19,798 nt of DNA from a virus (taxonomy: Duplodnaviria > Heunggongvirae > Uroviricota > Caudoviricetes). Positions within the stretch are counted from its first letter, which is position 1. Every line of letters begins with the position of its first letter. The notes beneath the pieces were generated by a model. That model did no database searches and was not told the origin of the DNA. It saw nothing but the letters and a program-made list of their open reading frames with translations. Below are positions 1 to 9,452 of this stretch, in pieces. The stretch lies in IMG/VR virus record IMGVR_UViG_2547132280_000005; one strand, written 5' to 3'. Made by a program: the position numbers and the translations under genes.

Positions 1-339
1 CTGTCGCGTCACTCAGATACGGCAAAAGCGTTCGCATACCTGCTGAAACAGTGGGATGCACTGAACGTGTACTGCAGTAATGGCTGGGTGGAAATCGACA
101 ACAACATCGCAGAGAACGCCTTACGGGGAGTGGCCGTAGGCCGGAAAAAGTGGATGTTCGCGGGTTCCGACAGCGGTGGTGAACATGCGGCGGTGTTGTA
201 CTCGCTGATCGGCACATGCCGTCTGAACAATGTGGAGCCAGAAAAGTGGCTGCGCTACGTCATTGAACATATCCAGGACTGGCCGGCAAACCGGGTACGC
301 GATCTGTTGCCCTGGAAAGTTGATCTGAGCTCTCAGTAA
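1..339 (+). CDS. IS66-family transposase (TnpC-like), C-terminal fragment; 5' end lies outside the window
   Basis: Frame 1 is open from base 1 to the TAA at 337-339. Translation (...NGWVEIDNNIAENALRGVAVGRKKWMFAGSDSGGEHAAVLYSLIGTCRLNNVEPEKWLRYV...) matches the conserved C-terminus of IS66-family transposases as I recall them. Confidence 0.8.
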   Translation: MSRHSDTAKAFAYLLKQWDALNVYCSNGWVEIDNNIAENALRGVAVGRKKWMFAGSDSGGEHAAVLYSLIGTCRLNNVEPEKWLRYVIEHIQDWPANRVRDLLPWKVDLSSQ

Positions 340-369
340 ATATCAATACGGTTCTGACGAGCCGCTTAC
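1..369 (+). mobile_element. Right end of an IS66-family insertion sequence (partial)
   Basis: Transposase 3' end followed about 30 bp later by ...GAGCCGCTTAC (reverse complement GTAAGCGGCTC), resembling the GTAAGCG terminal inverted repeat typical of IS66-family elements. The exact terminus is uncertain without the other end. Confidence 0.5.
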
Positions 370-735
370 GGTGAAAATCATGTTTATTTATATATTTCAA
401 TTAATTGTAAACTGGTCTAATGACAGGGAGAAAAAAATATTGTACAGGTAAAAAGATAAATAACTTTTAATTATCAATAAATTACCAAACATGCTGCCGC
501 CGCCATGGAAATGCAAAAACTAGCCTTTTTCCGCGACGCTCCCGCCCCGTGGCAGGGGCCCCCACCGGGAGGACCCGACAGCCTGACAGCCTGACAGCCG
601 TGATGAGCATCTGATACAGCGCTTTACATAATGGCATAGGAATAATTCAGAAGGACATCACAGCATGCCCACACAAATTAGTGTGAGTGTCCTGTTTCTT
701 CCTACGCACAGGACTGACGAGCATGAGGGGAAAAT

Positions 736-903
736 ATGCGAACCATAAATGCCTCATCTTCAGCAATGCAACCGGCATCCGAACAGGACGATATTGTAAA
801 TTCACCTAATTACGAGGACATTGCAGTAGTTGAATTGCAGCTCTGTATTAGCCTGACAGTGACAGAATGCGATATTGACTCTGTCACAGGTGAAATAGTT
901 TGA
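736..903 (+). CDS. Hypothetical small acidic protein (55 aa)
   Basis: ATG at 736 preceded by GAGGGG (SD-like); open to TGA at 901-903. Below the ORF-track length cutoff. No recognisable homology. Confidence 0.25.
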   Translation: MRTINASSSAMQPASEQDDIVNSPNYEDIAVVELQLCISLTVTECDIDSVTGEIV

Positions 904-923
904 ATGATTAGCAGTTATGGTGC

Positions 924-1130
924 TCAGTCAACCACCAGGGAATAATCCTTCGAATTCTTATCGTGCTTCACCAACGCTGCCTCAATTGCCCTGAATGCTT
1001 CCAGAGACACCTGATGTTCTATACATGCAATTACAACATCCGGGTAACTCATAGAAATGGTGCTATTAAGCATATTTTTTACACGAATCAGATCCAACGA
1101 GAGTTCATCAGCAGATTGTTCTTTATTCAT
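924..1130 (-). CDS. Hypothetical small protein (68 aa)
   Basis: ORF with GGAG about 12 nt upstream of the ATG; convergent with the 736-903 ORF. No family recognised. Confidence 0.4.
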   Translation of the reverse strand: MNKEQSADELSLDLIRVKNMLNSTISMSYPDVVIACIEHQVSLEAFRAIEAALVKHDKNSKDYSLVVD

Positions 1131-1430
1131 TTTGTCGCTCCATGCGTTTGCTCGTCATCTAGCGGTTAAAATATTACTTCAAATCTTACTGCATAAAAGA
1201 GGAAAAGTATGAAAGTTTGAGTACATCGACCTTACATACATCTGTCGGTTGCATATCCCTCCTGGATGCCAGCAAGGCTCAATTTTGTTACGCAATCAAC
1301 ACTATTCATTAAAAACAGGCTTAATATTTGACATAAATCATCAACAAAACACAAAGAGGTCAGACCAGATTGAAACAATAAACACGATAATGCTAACTAC
1401 GCGCCATCGTATCACATGGAAGGTTTACCA

Positions 1431-1862
1431 ATGGCTCAGGCTGCCATTTTTAAAGAAATATTCGATCAAGTGCGTAAAGATTTAAACTGTGAATTATTTT
1501 ATTCTGAGCTAAAACGTCACAATGTCTCACTTTATATTTACTATTTAGCCACAGATAATATTCACATTGTGTTAGAAAACGACAACATAGTGTTAGTAAA
1601 AGGACTCAAAAAGGTTGTAAATGTTAAATTCTCCAGAAACAAACATCTTATAGAGACCTCCTATAATAAGTTGAAATCAAAAGAAATCACATTTCAACAA
1701 TACAGGGAAAATCTTGCTAAAGCAGGAGTTTTCCGATGGGTTACAAATATCCAGGAACACCAAAGATATTACTATGCCTTTGATAACTCATTACTATTTA
1801 CTGAAAGCATCCAGAAAATTACTGAAAGCATCCAGAAAACTACACAGATCTTACCACGCTAA
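1431..1862 (+). CDS. DUF1398-family prophage protein (YdfO/YbcV-like)
   Basis: ORF 1416-1862; the second ATG at 1431 has GGAAGG 9 nt upstream. Sequence and position (next to the gns/cspI cluster) fit the Qin ydfO locus. Contains an in-frame 7-aa duplication ([14 protein letters not shown]). Confidence 0.65.
   Translation: MAQAAIFKEIFDQVRKDLNCELFYSELKRHNVSLYIYYLATDNIHIVLENDNIVLVKGLKKVVNVKFSRNKHLIETSYNKLKSKEITFQQYRENLAKAGVFRWVTNIQEHQRYYYAFDNSLLFTESIQKITESIQKTTQILPR
1800..1842 (+). repeat. 21-bp in-frame tandem duplication (2 copies, 1 mismatch) inside the DUF1398 gene
   Basis: actgaaagcatccagaaaatt / actgaaagcatccagaaaact, read directly from the sequence. Confidence 0.85.
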
Positions 1863-2013
1863 ACCATAACGTCCGGCTTCTCTCACTCCTGAGCCGGACT
1901 GCATTGGTTTAATAAAAACCATCAACAATTGTGATTTAGATATTCGGAACCATTCAAATATAACAAAACCCCGTAAAAACGAGGTTTATGGATAAATTTT
2001 ATTATTGAATACA

Positions 2014-2190
2014 TCAGATTAAATTAATCTTGACATCATAGCTTTCAAGACCCGTCATTTTTTCCCGTGCGGTAAACTGAATACTGGTAACTTCTTTCCC
2101 GGTCTTTTTCTTAAGTTCAATAATTTTTTTTGTTATATATTCAGAAATATCTGCTTCTGCTTTTGTTTTTAAGTCTTCAATATTCATCAT
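2014..2190 (-). CDS. GnsA/GnsB-family small protein (58 aa)
   Basis: Minus-strand ORF MMNIEDLKTKAEADISEYITKKIIELKKKTGKEVTSIQFTAREKMTGLESYDVKINLI; SD AAAGAGGAAATG. Closely resembles E. coli GnsA/GnsB as I recall them (...NTGKEV..I.FTAREKMTGLESYDVKI...). Not in the ORF track because it is under 60 aa. Confidence 0.65.
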   Translation of the reverse strand: MMNIEDLKTKAEADISEYITKKIIELKKKTGKEVTSIQFTAREKMTGLESYDVKINLI

Positions 2191-2358
2191 TTCCTCTTTT
2201 AGTCTGTTATGACTTTCCAGTTACACAGTAAGTCGATTATATGGTGCAAACGTGTAAAAGATAAGATGAAACATCGCAATAATCAACATACGATAGTCTA
2301 AATTTTACACAAACAGACAAAGAGAATTTTCCTGAATTATCAATGCAATAGCATCAAA

Positions 2359-2550
2359 TCAACTCAAGAGCCTTATTGCTGCTTCCAGAATTTCTTCTGA
2401 AGTAACATGTCGATCCGCGGCTACATAAATGACTTTATGATCTCCGGTCAGAGATGGAAACCCTGCGGCCATTACAGTAAGGTGTGTTTTTTCGCCATTT
2501 GGATATTCACGCATGATGGTGTTAACTCCAGTCATCGCTGGCACTACCAC
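2359..2550 (-). CDS. Hypothetical protein (63 aa from GTG; possibly the 3' part of a frameshifted longer gene)
   Basis: ORF-track ORF starting at GTG 2550 with no convincing SD. An ATG at 2588 (MKKIIVFLTLNQQW*) sits in another frame, upstream of an A7 run. Confidence 0.35.
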   Translation of the reverse strand: MVVPAMTGVNTIMREYPNGEKTHLTVMAAGFPSLTGDHKVIYVAADRHVTSEEILEAAIRLLS

Positions 2551-2630
2551 TGCTGGTTCAGAGTTAAAAAAACTATGATTTTTTTCATGATGTTACCGTA
2601 GTATGTGAGTATCCATCGAATAGACACCAA

Positions 2631-2653
2631 GCAAAAAAGCTCCCGAAGGAGCC
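2631..2653 (-). terminator. Intrinsic terminator (GCTCC-CGAA-GGAGC hairpin followed by a U6 tract on the minus strand)
   Basis: Stem-loop plus T-run seen in the sequence, about 200 nt downstream of the cspI stop. Confidence 0.5.
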
Positions 2654-2859
2654 TTCATTTTCACTTTTTTAAATCCAACGACAGACGGCTGGCATTTAAG
2701 TATTGTGAAATATTATCAAATGTAATCATCATTGATTTACAAAAGATACATTTTGCCCCGAAAGGATTCATGTCAGAAACATCAAAAGATGATGTTCTAT
2801 ACTGGGAACCATGACAACACGGGCATCTAAAGTGAATATGGTTTGTAATATTGTCTACC

Positions 2860-3072
2860 TCAAAGCGCCACTACATGAACAGCGGCAGGACCTTTAGGTC
2901 CGTTCTCAATACCAAATTCAACTTCCTGATTCTCAGTTAATGTTTTGAAATCGTTGCTCTGAATTGCTGAGAAATGGACAAACACATCTTTGCTGCCATC
3001 TTTCGGCGTGATGAAACCAAAACCTTTTTCAGGGTTAAACCATTTCACTAAACCAGTCATTTTGTTAGACAT
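2860..3072 (-). CDS. cspI: Cold-shock protein CspI
   Basis: 70-aa CspA-family protein [70 protein letters not shown] with RNP1/RNP2 motifs; matches CspI as recalled. A long AT-rich leader follows upstream (3073-3430), typical of csp genes. Confidence 0.9.
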   Translation of the reverse strand: MSNKMTGLVKWFNPEKGFGFITPKDGSKDVFVHFSAIQSNDFKTLTENQEVEFGIENGPKGPAAVHVVAL

Positions 3073-3433
3073 AATTATTACCTTTTGAAGAAATTAGCCC
3101 TTGGGCAGAATGGTCCGAAAAAAATATCAGAGAGAAAAACCAACAAGGAAATCTCAAGAGGTACAAATAATAAAATTATAACAATGACTGCTTCAGATAA
3201 ATTTGTAACAAACCAGAACACCATTAACGCATGATTAACCACCCATAGCAAGGATTACTTTTGTAAAGAAAAACACAGCAATGAAAGAATAGCTTTATTT
3301 ATTAATAAAACGTGTCATTCTGATTAAGACCTTTTATCTTACCCTTAAGATTTCAGGAATTTTGGCTCATGGAAGAGTCCTTTTTATTCAAATTTTACAT
3401 TCCGCGATGTAAATGTTCCGATTTAATATTACC

Positions 3434-4457
<1,024 letters not shown>

Positions 4458-4461
<4 letters not shown>

Positions 4462-4769
4462 AGATATTTATGATGAGGACGCTCGTGCTTATTGGCAGGA
4501 TTTTCAATCTTAAAGGAGTACTGATGCTGCAGATAAGACTCAACTTTTTCTGACAATTTTTCTGCTACTTCCAGGAAGACTTGCCGGACGCTCCTTCTGG
4601 CTGCTGCCTCATAAAACTCCAGCGCAGCTCCTTCAACACGGTCCATGGCGACATCCAGGTCAAAAATTTCACCGTCAAAGCGTTCTTTGTCCTGTAAGGC
4701 TACAGTTACCGTAACTTTATTCTCAAAATTACGGACTCCTTTCACAACCAGTTCATAGTCTTGAGTCAT
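4458..4769 (-). CDS. ydfR: DUF1327-family prophage protein YdfR-like (103 aa)
   Basis: ORF with AGGAGAG SD, sitting between holin and endolysin as in Qin; stop overlaps the endolysin start. Confidence 0.7.
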
Positions 4770-4773
4770 TGGA

Positions 4774-4989
4774 TTACTCTCCTCTCGCAGCCTTACGCCT
4801 GTCTTCTTTAATCTTGAAATAAAGATTTGTCAGATACGTCAGCAGGCCAAAAACCAGGCTACCCAGCACACCGATTGCAGCCCACTGTGACGGAGTTACT
4901 TTATCGAGTAACTGCAATGCCCAGAAACCAGCATTACCCGCCGATGTGCCATAGGCAACACCTGTTGTTAACTTATCCATTGATTTCAT
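4774..4989 (-). CDS. essQ: Pinholin, phage 21 S21-like class II holin (71 aa) with dual-start motif MKSM
   Basis: [71 protein letters not shown] is near-identical to S21 as recalled. Two TMDs, Met1/Met4 dual start, SD GGTGAGGAT. The ORF-track start at 5064 is probably not used. Confidence 0.85.
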   Translation of the reverse strand: MKSMDKLTTGVAYGTSAGNAGFWALQLLDKVTPSQWAAIGVLGSLVFGLLTYLTNLYFKIKEDRRKAARGE

Positions 4990-5208
4990 ATCCTCACCCC
5001 GATGTACACGGATGGTGCAATATGTTTGAAAAGATCGGAGTCTACGGGGTAGTTTTGACAGCACACGTTGTTCTCAACGGCGCTAAAAAAACATACACAT
5101 TAAAAATGTGGGTAATTATTTTGAAAGAAAGTCATATATAAAATAATAATACGAGAAATGTTTTCATATTTAGTGTACTGTATACGGCCATTTATACAGG
5201 AAAAGCCT

Positions 5209-5379
5209 ATGTCAGAACGTAAAAACTCAAAATCACGCCGTAATTATCTCGTTAAATGTTCCTGCCCAAACTGCACCCAAGAGTCAGAACACAGTTTTTC
5301 AAGAGTACAAAAAGGTGCCCTTTTGATCTGCCCTCATTGCAACAAAGTATTCCAGACAAATCTTAAAGCTGTAGCCTGA
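5209..5379 (+). CDS. Small zinc-ribbon protein (56 aa, CxxC...CxxC)
   Basis: ATG 5209 preceded by AGGAAAAG; CPNC-x18-CPHC motif. Inserted between the holin and cspB on the opposite strand. Confidence 0.45.
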   Translation: MSERKNSKSRRNYLVKCSCPNCTQESEHSFSRVQKGALLICPHCNKVFQTNLKAVA

Positions 5380-5438
5380 TTGATTTTATTAGTAACAAGT
5401 ATTTTTTATATTTTAATAATATATTTAAAGCAGATAAT

Positions 5439-5461
5439 AAAAAACCCGCCTGAGCGGGTTT
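5439..5461 (-). terminator. Intrinsic terminator (CCCGC-CTGA-GCGGG stem with a U6 tract on the minus strand; weaker on plus)
   Basis: Hairpin and flanking A/T runs seen in the sequence. Confidence 0.5.
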
Positions 5462-5742
5462 GAGATTGTGGTGCTTTTTGTGGGAGTCATCCACTTACGC
5501 ACTTTGTTTTGCCATGCCAGCAGTTAGCTTCTGCTGTAAAACTATTCATGCAGCAAACCTGCACTTCACCACAATGGTTAGCATACTTTTCCTGATTAAG
5601 ATTTTGCCAAATATGCTAGCCATTGTTTCATGTATTGGACCTCCTTACTTTTTATTAAAGAGATCCAATATTCACTACTCTGTCCGTATCTCTACTCAGG
5701 CATCAGCCTTCTTCGTTATCGTATACAGACGAGCGATGAATT

Positions 5743-5958
5743 TTAATCAGTAATGATGACATTTGCTGCTGCAGGACCTTTAGCACCACTCTCTATAGAG
5801 AAGGTAACCTTTTGACCTTCAAATAAGGTTCGATAATTATCATTCTGAATCGCAGAAAAATGCACAAACACATCTTTACTACCATCAACAGGAGAAATAA
5901 AGCCGAAACCTTTATCAGCGTTAAACCATTTTACTAAACCAGTCATTTTATTTGACAT
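5743..5958 (-). CDS. cspB: Cold-shock protein CspB
   Basis: 71 aa [71 protein letters not shown], CspA family; divergent from cspF as in Qin. Confidence 0.9.
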   Translation of the reverse strand: MSNKMTGLVKWFNADKGFGFISPVDGSKDVFVHFSAIQNDNYRTLFEGQKVTFSIESGAKGPAAANVIITD

Positions 5959-6258
5959 TCTACATTCCTTAACTTGAGCCTTTCGGCATAAATGGTTTGC
6001 ATAACAGAAACGACTTCGTACTTAATTGGAGAGACTCAAAGAAGGAATAAGTGAATAACACCTGAAATGAGAACTGCTTTAGTAAACTACTTCGTATATC
6101 GTCTGTTCTTCAAACCGACGCAATCATTAACGCATAGTTGAACATATGAAGCAATGTTTATTTTAGACATCCAGCCATCTTCAACCCCATCAAAAAACTA
6201 TAGCTTTCTTCAGGAACGTGTGTATAGTGCGCCAAGTTATCAGTATTAAGGAATTTTT

Positions 6259-6471
6259 TTGTCCCGTAAAATGACAGGAATTGTCAAAACCTTTGACGGC
6301 AAAAGCGGCAAGGGTCTTATCACCCCATCCGATGGTCGTATCGATGTCCAGCTTCATGTTTCAGCGCTCAATCTCCGCGATGCAGAAGAAATTACCACCG
6401 GATTACGCGTGGAATTTTGCCGGATAAATGGTCTGCGTGGCCCTTCAGCTGCCAATGTTTACCTTTCATGA
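6259..6471 (+). CDS. cspF: Cold-shock protein CspF-like
   Basis: 70-aa CspA-family ORF ([70 protein letters not shown]). Apparent TTG start at 6259 with AAGGAA SD 5 nt upstream. Confidence 0.85.
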
Positions 6472-6525
6472 GCTATATTAAAGCTTTAATTTCAGGCCCC
6501 ATCGGATCACACATGGAGAGTTTTT

Positions 6526-6615
6526 ATGAATAACCCCGTCTGTCTTGATGACTGGTTGATTGGCTTTAAAAGCTTATGCTGTACTTTGGCCGTAATAGCT
6601 CTGCTAATAATATAA
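6526..6615 (+). CDS. Hypothetical 29-aa hydrophobic peptide ([29 protein letters not shown])
   Basis: ATG 6526 with GGAGAG SD 6 nt upstream; C-terminal hydrophobic stretch. Too short for the ORF track. Coding status unproven. Confidence 0.3.
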
Positions 6616-6764
6616 TAAGCAGACTCATTGTGTTTAGGGACATTGTACTGGAAGAAAACATTTTAAACATCAGGCAAATAACCAAGTCACCAGCTAAATA
6701 ATAAGTTAACAGACATGAGTCCCGGGATGAGATTCAACATTACCATTGCCCCATTTAAAGCACA

Positions 6765-6795
6765 AAACCCGCTCATCAGCGGGTTTTCTACTTTT
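6765..6795 (-). terminator. Intrinsic terminator hairpin (AACCCGCT-CATC-AGCGGGTT) with T-rich flanks on both strands; candidate tR'-like late terminator
   Basis: 8-bp GC-rich stem plus T-runs seen in the sequence, about 100 bp downstream of Q on the minus strand. Confidence 0.45.
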
Positions 6796-6832
6796 TCTTA
6801 ACGTCGGGTATACAAAGCCCATCGTTGAAAAA

Positions 6833-6861
6833 ATTTTATCCATATTTTTTGAAAAATGCAA
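6833..6861 (-). promoter_or_regulatory. Candidate sigma70 late promoter (PR'-like) downstream of Q: TTGCAT-17 bp-TAAAAT
   Basis: -35 TTGCAT (reverse complement of 6856-6861) and -10 TAAAAT (reverse complement of 6833-6838) with a 17-bp spacer. The position just 3' of the Q gene matches lambdoid PR'/qut organisation. Confidence 0.35.
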
Positions 6862-6892
6862 ACATCATGTCGCCATCTTCAGCAAAAATCAT

Positions 6893-7645
6893 TTATCTCG
6901 TCACCTTCCTCAATTGCGCTTCCGCGTATGCTTCTTCCTGCCAGCACTTTGTTACCAGTTTACCAATGACGTCCGCATACCCCTTATACCACTGATAATC
7001 GGTCAGGTCTGGTACCAGCTTCTGGACATGACGTCGTGCCAGCGTGGTCGGTAAACGACTAAACCGGTTTCCATTACAACGCCCACAAATCTTATATACC
7101 GGTACGCCATGAAACCGGGTTCTTTTTTCATCCAGAACAATCCCTTTACCCTTACACCCTCTGCACGCTGTGCTGGCTTCGCCCTTACCATGGCAATGCT
7201 GACATAGTTCCTTCACCCATTCTTCCTTGATTACAGATTCCCCGCGTCTGTAGTGTTTCACCACTTCGCGCAATACATTATAAAATCCCGTACCTGAACA
7301 ATGCTCACAGCGAGCCTTACTTGCCGCAGACCTGGAGTAATCAGCAAAGGCAAAACTCACGAGGTAAGGAATAATCTGTAACCGGATTTCTTCACTCAAT
7401 TTGTTCAATGTCGGGTTATCCAGTGCCATCGCGTAATTTAGCAGGCCTTCAATCGCAAACTGAGGGTCCTGAACACCAACTTTTGCCAGAAATAAGGCCA
7501 ACCCAAGTGGTGCTTTCGACTGCACCATCCCCTGCGCTGCCATTACATCCGTAATTGTTAAACAACCGGTGCCTGTCGCTGGAGCGTCATCGCTCAATTT
7601 TGGAGATTTTGGGGAGTAATATTTTGGTAAGGCTTCAAGGTTCAT
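6893..7645 (-). CDS. quuQ: Late-gene antitermination protein Q
   Basis: About 250 aa with multiple CxxC zinc-binding motifs (CEHCSGTG, CQHCHGKG, CRGCKGKG, CGRCNG) typical of Q-family antiterminators. ATG 7645 has GGAG SD and sits 13 bp after the ydfU stop; ATG 7675 is the alternative. Confidence 0.8.
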   Translation of the reverse strand: MNLEALPKYYSPKSPKLSDDAPATGTGCLTITDVMAAQGMVQSKAPLGLALFLAKVGVQDPQFAIEGLLNYAMALDNPTLNKLSEEIRLQIIPYLVSFAFADYSRSAASKARCEHCSGTGFYNVLREVVKHYRRGESVIKEEWVKELCQHCHGKGEASTACRGCKGKGIVLDEKRTRFHGVPVYKICGRCNGNRFSRLPTTLARRHVQKLVPDLTDYQWYKGYADVIGKLVTKCWQEEAYAEAQLRKVTR

Positions 7646-7658
7646 GCTCGTTCTCCAC

Positions 7659-8708
7659 TTACGCCAGTACGCCAATTGCCAGCGCGCGATCGATAAAACG
7701 AAATATCAGCTCCAGTTGGGAGCCATACTTATCTTCAAATGCCACTGTATCCGTATGCAGCTCGTTGTGATGCTTTCTGCACAAAGGCAACACAAAGAGA
7801 TCATGTGCTTTTGTTCCCATTCCGCCCTGCCCGTGACCAATCAGATGATGCGGATCGTCGGCTGGCATACCGCAGCAAGCACACGGCTGTGTCTTAACCC
7901 AACGTGTGTATTTCTCCTTAACCCAGCGGCGACGTTTAGGCAGCTTCATGAAAGATTCCGGAGACTCTGGATCAACGGTGATGCTTACCACCGTCTTTTC
8001 CTGTGGTGATTTTTGTTGCTGGTGGGCGTAAGGCAACGGTGCAAGATTTTTTGTGCGTTGTTTCAATATGCTGGTGGCGGTCTGCTCTCCCGGTACGATG
8101 TCGCTTTCGCGGTACACCGAGCAGATTTTTTCCGCTGGTAATCCCAGCGAACGACGCGATACAGCCTCAGGTAGTGCATCCACCACCTGATTGCAGACCG
8201 CCCACCAGGATAATTCAGCCAAAGATAATTCCCGCTCCTGCGTACCGCTTATTGCGTGACGGATGACGTCAATCACCCATGCTGTCAGATTTTGTTGAGC
8301 AAGCAGCTCCAGTGATTCCGATGTCTGGTCACGCAGTTGGTTGTCGCAGTGCCAGCACAACACCATTGCGCCGGTACCATAACGGTGAATGACTGTTTCA
8401 GTGTGATGGTAATCGCCATTAGGCCACTGGCAGGATGTAACATGACGTAATAGCCAGTCGGACAATGCGCCAACGCCGCCAGCAGCACGAATCACCCGTT
8501 CGTTACTAAAAAACGGCAGCAATGTTTTGTCTTCCGCCATCGGCTGGCGAACGGCAGGAACGACTCCGGATGGCAGATTACGCATGCTTTTTGGTTCCGG
8601 TTCCACCAGCACTCGAGGATTATGAAATATCTGTATGGATTCACGGCCCGGCTTAAGGACCACCAGCCCAAGCTCAGGCACCAGAACAGGTCTAAGTAAT
8701 ACCCGCAC
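7659..8708 (-). CDS. ydfU: DUF968-family prophage protein YdfU-like with C-terminal HNH-like motif (349 aa from GTG)
   Basis: GTG at 8708 with GGAGG 6 nt upstream, 1 nt after the upstream gene's stop; the ATG at 8747 would overlap that gene by 38 bp. C-terminus CACCGMPADDPHHLIGHGQGG...CRKHHNELH is HNH-nuclease-like. Confidence 0.7.
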   Translation of the reverse strand: MRVLLRPVLVPELGLVVLKPGRESIQIFHNPRVLVEPEPKSMRNLPSGVVPAVRQPMAEDKTLLPFFSNERVIRAAGGVGALSDWLLRHVTSCQWPNGDYHHTETVIHRYGTGAMVLCWHCDNQLRDQTSESLELLAQQNLTAWVIDVIRHAISGTQERELSLAELSWWAVCNQVVDALPEAVSRRSLGLPAEKICSVYRESDIVPGEQTATSILKQRTKNLAPLPYAHQQQKSPQEKTVVSITVDPESPESFMKLPKRRRWVKEKYTRWVKTQPCACCGMPADDPHHLIGHGQGGMGTKAHDLFVLPLCRKHHNELHTDTVAFEDKYGSQLELIFRFIDRALAIGVLA

Positions 8709-8709
8709 G

Positions 8710-8988
8710 TTACCTCCAGATCCGTTGCTGGAAAGTGCGGGACGCACGTGGTGGGCGTTCGGAATAAGGCAGCCTGACAGAGATTATCCAGTGCCGATAG
8801 TCGAGACTGAGAGCTTTCTTAACCTCGAACCCGCGCCTGCGGTAAGAATGAATCAGCCATTCGGCCTGTTCTGCAGTGCATGGAGGGTGCTGGAACCATT
8901 CAGACTTGAATGCGTGAGAATACCGCCCGTGCGTGCAGGCAAGAACGGGCGAATTATCAGAATTGTAATATTTTGCGTTGCGTGCCAT
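8710..8988 (-). CDS. Hypothetical prophage protein (92 aa, Cys/His-containing)
   Basis: ORF with GGAG SD 10 nt upstream of the ATG; translationally adjacent to ydfU. Family not recognised. Confidence 0.5.
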   Translation of the reverse strand: MARNAKYYNSDNSPVLACTHGRYSHAFKSEWFQHPPCTAEQAEWLIHSYRRRGFEVKKALSLDYRHWIISVRLPYSERPPRASRTFQQRIWR

Positions 8989-9054
8989 CGGTTTTCTCCG
9001 GTGGCACGGTGTTACTCAGCGGGAGTTCAGCCCCGCGCAAGATTGTAGATGAGT

Positions 9055-9306
9055 TTATTCTCCTGAAAAAGCAGAAAAGCCAGCTTTTATTCCGATCTCT
9101 TTCAATGCCTGTAATGAAGTGACAAACTCACCTTCGCGCAAGATAAATCCGTCCGTGACCCGAGCATCCACAAAATTAATTAACGCAGCCCCATTCTTTC
9201 GCAAACACATAATGCGGTAATGACTAACAAGATTTCCATTTTCAACGCACACAGCATAGAGGCCATCTTCACAAAAAATTTTACGCAGTTCTTCGATGTT
9301 CATCAT
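9055..9306 (-). CDS. rem: Hypothetical prophage protein, Rem-like (83 aa)
   Basis: 83-aa ORF between the relBE-hokD terminator and ydfU, the position and length of Qin rem. Sequence identity is not verifiable from memory. Confidence 0.5.
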   Translation of the reverse strand: MMNIEELRKIFCEDGLYAVCVENGNLVSHYRIMCLRKNGAALINFVDARVTDGFILREGEFVTSLQALKEIGIKAGFSAFSGE

Positions 9307-9420
9307 CAGAATCCTTCCGGATAATTAGCTCTCCCCTTTAAGGGACCATCCCTCTTATCCCTGCGCGCTACTTAAGTATTTTTGATTCTATTCCGGCACC
9401 GTCCAGAACTTCAAACGCGT

Positions 9421-9452
9421 TGAAAATAAAAACAAAAACCCGCCGAAGCGGG
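9421..9452 (-). terminator. Intrinsic terminator of the relB-relE-hokD operon (CCCGC-CGAA-GCGGG hairpin then UUUUUGUUUUUAUUUU)
   Basis: Strong hairpin plus T-tract on the minus strand, 70 nt downstream of the hokD stop. Confidence 0.6.

Noticed and set aside
5178-5199. LexA (SOS) box call for the palindrome CTGTATACGGCCATTTATACAG
   Set aside because: The arms match, but the spacing is CTG-N16-CAG instead of the canonical CTG-N10-CAG, so I do not call it a LexA site; kept only as a low-interest finding.
5460-5753. 97-aa plus-strand ORF downstream of the zinc-ribbon gene
   Set aside because: Starts inside the terminator hairpin, has no SD and an odd Phe/Cys/Ile-rich composition, and lies in the cspB 3' region; unlikely to be coding.
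8635-9048. 137-aa plus-strand ORF overlapping the ydfU start and the 92-aa gene
   Set aside because: Antisense to two better-supported minus-strand genes; Pro/Arg-rich low-complexity translation.
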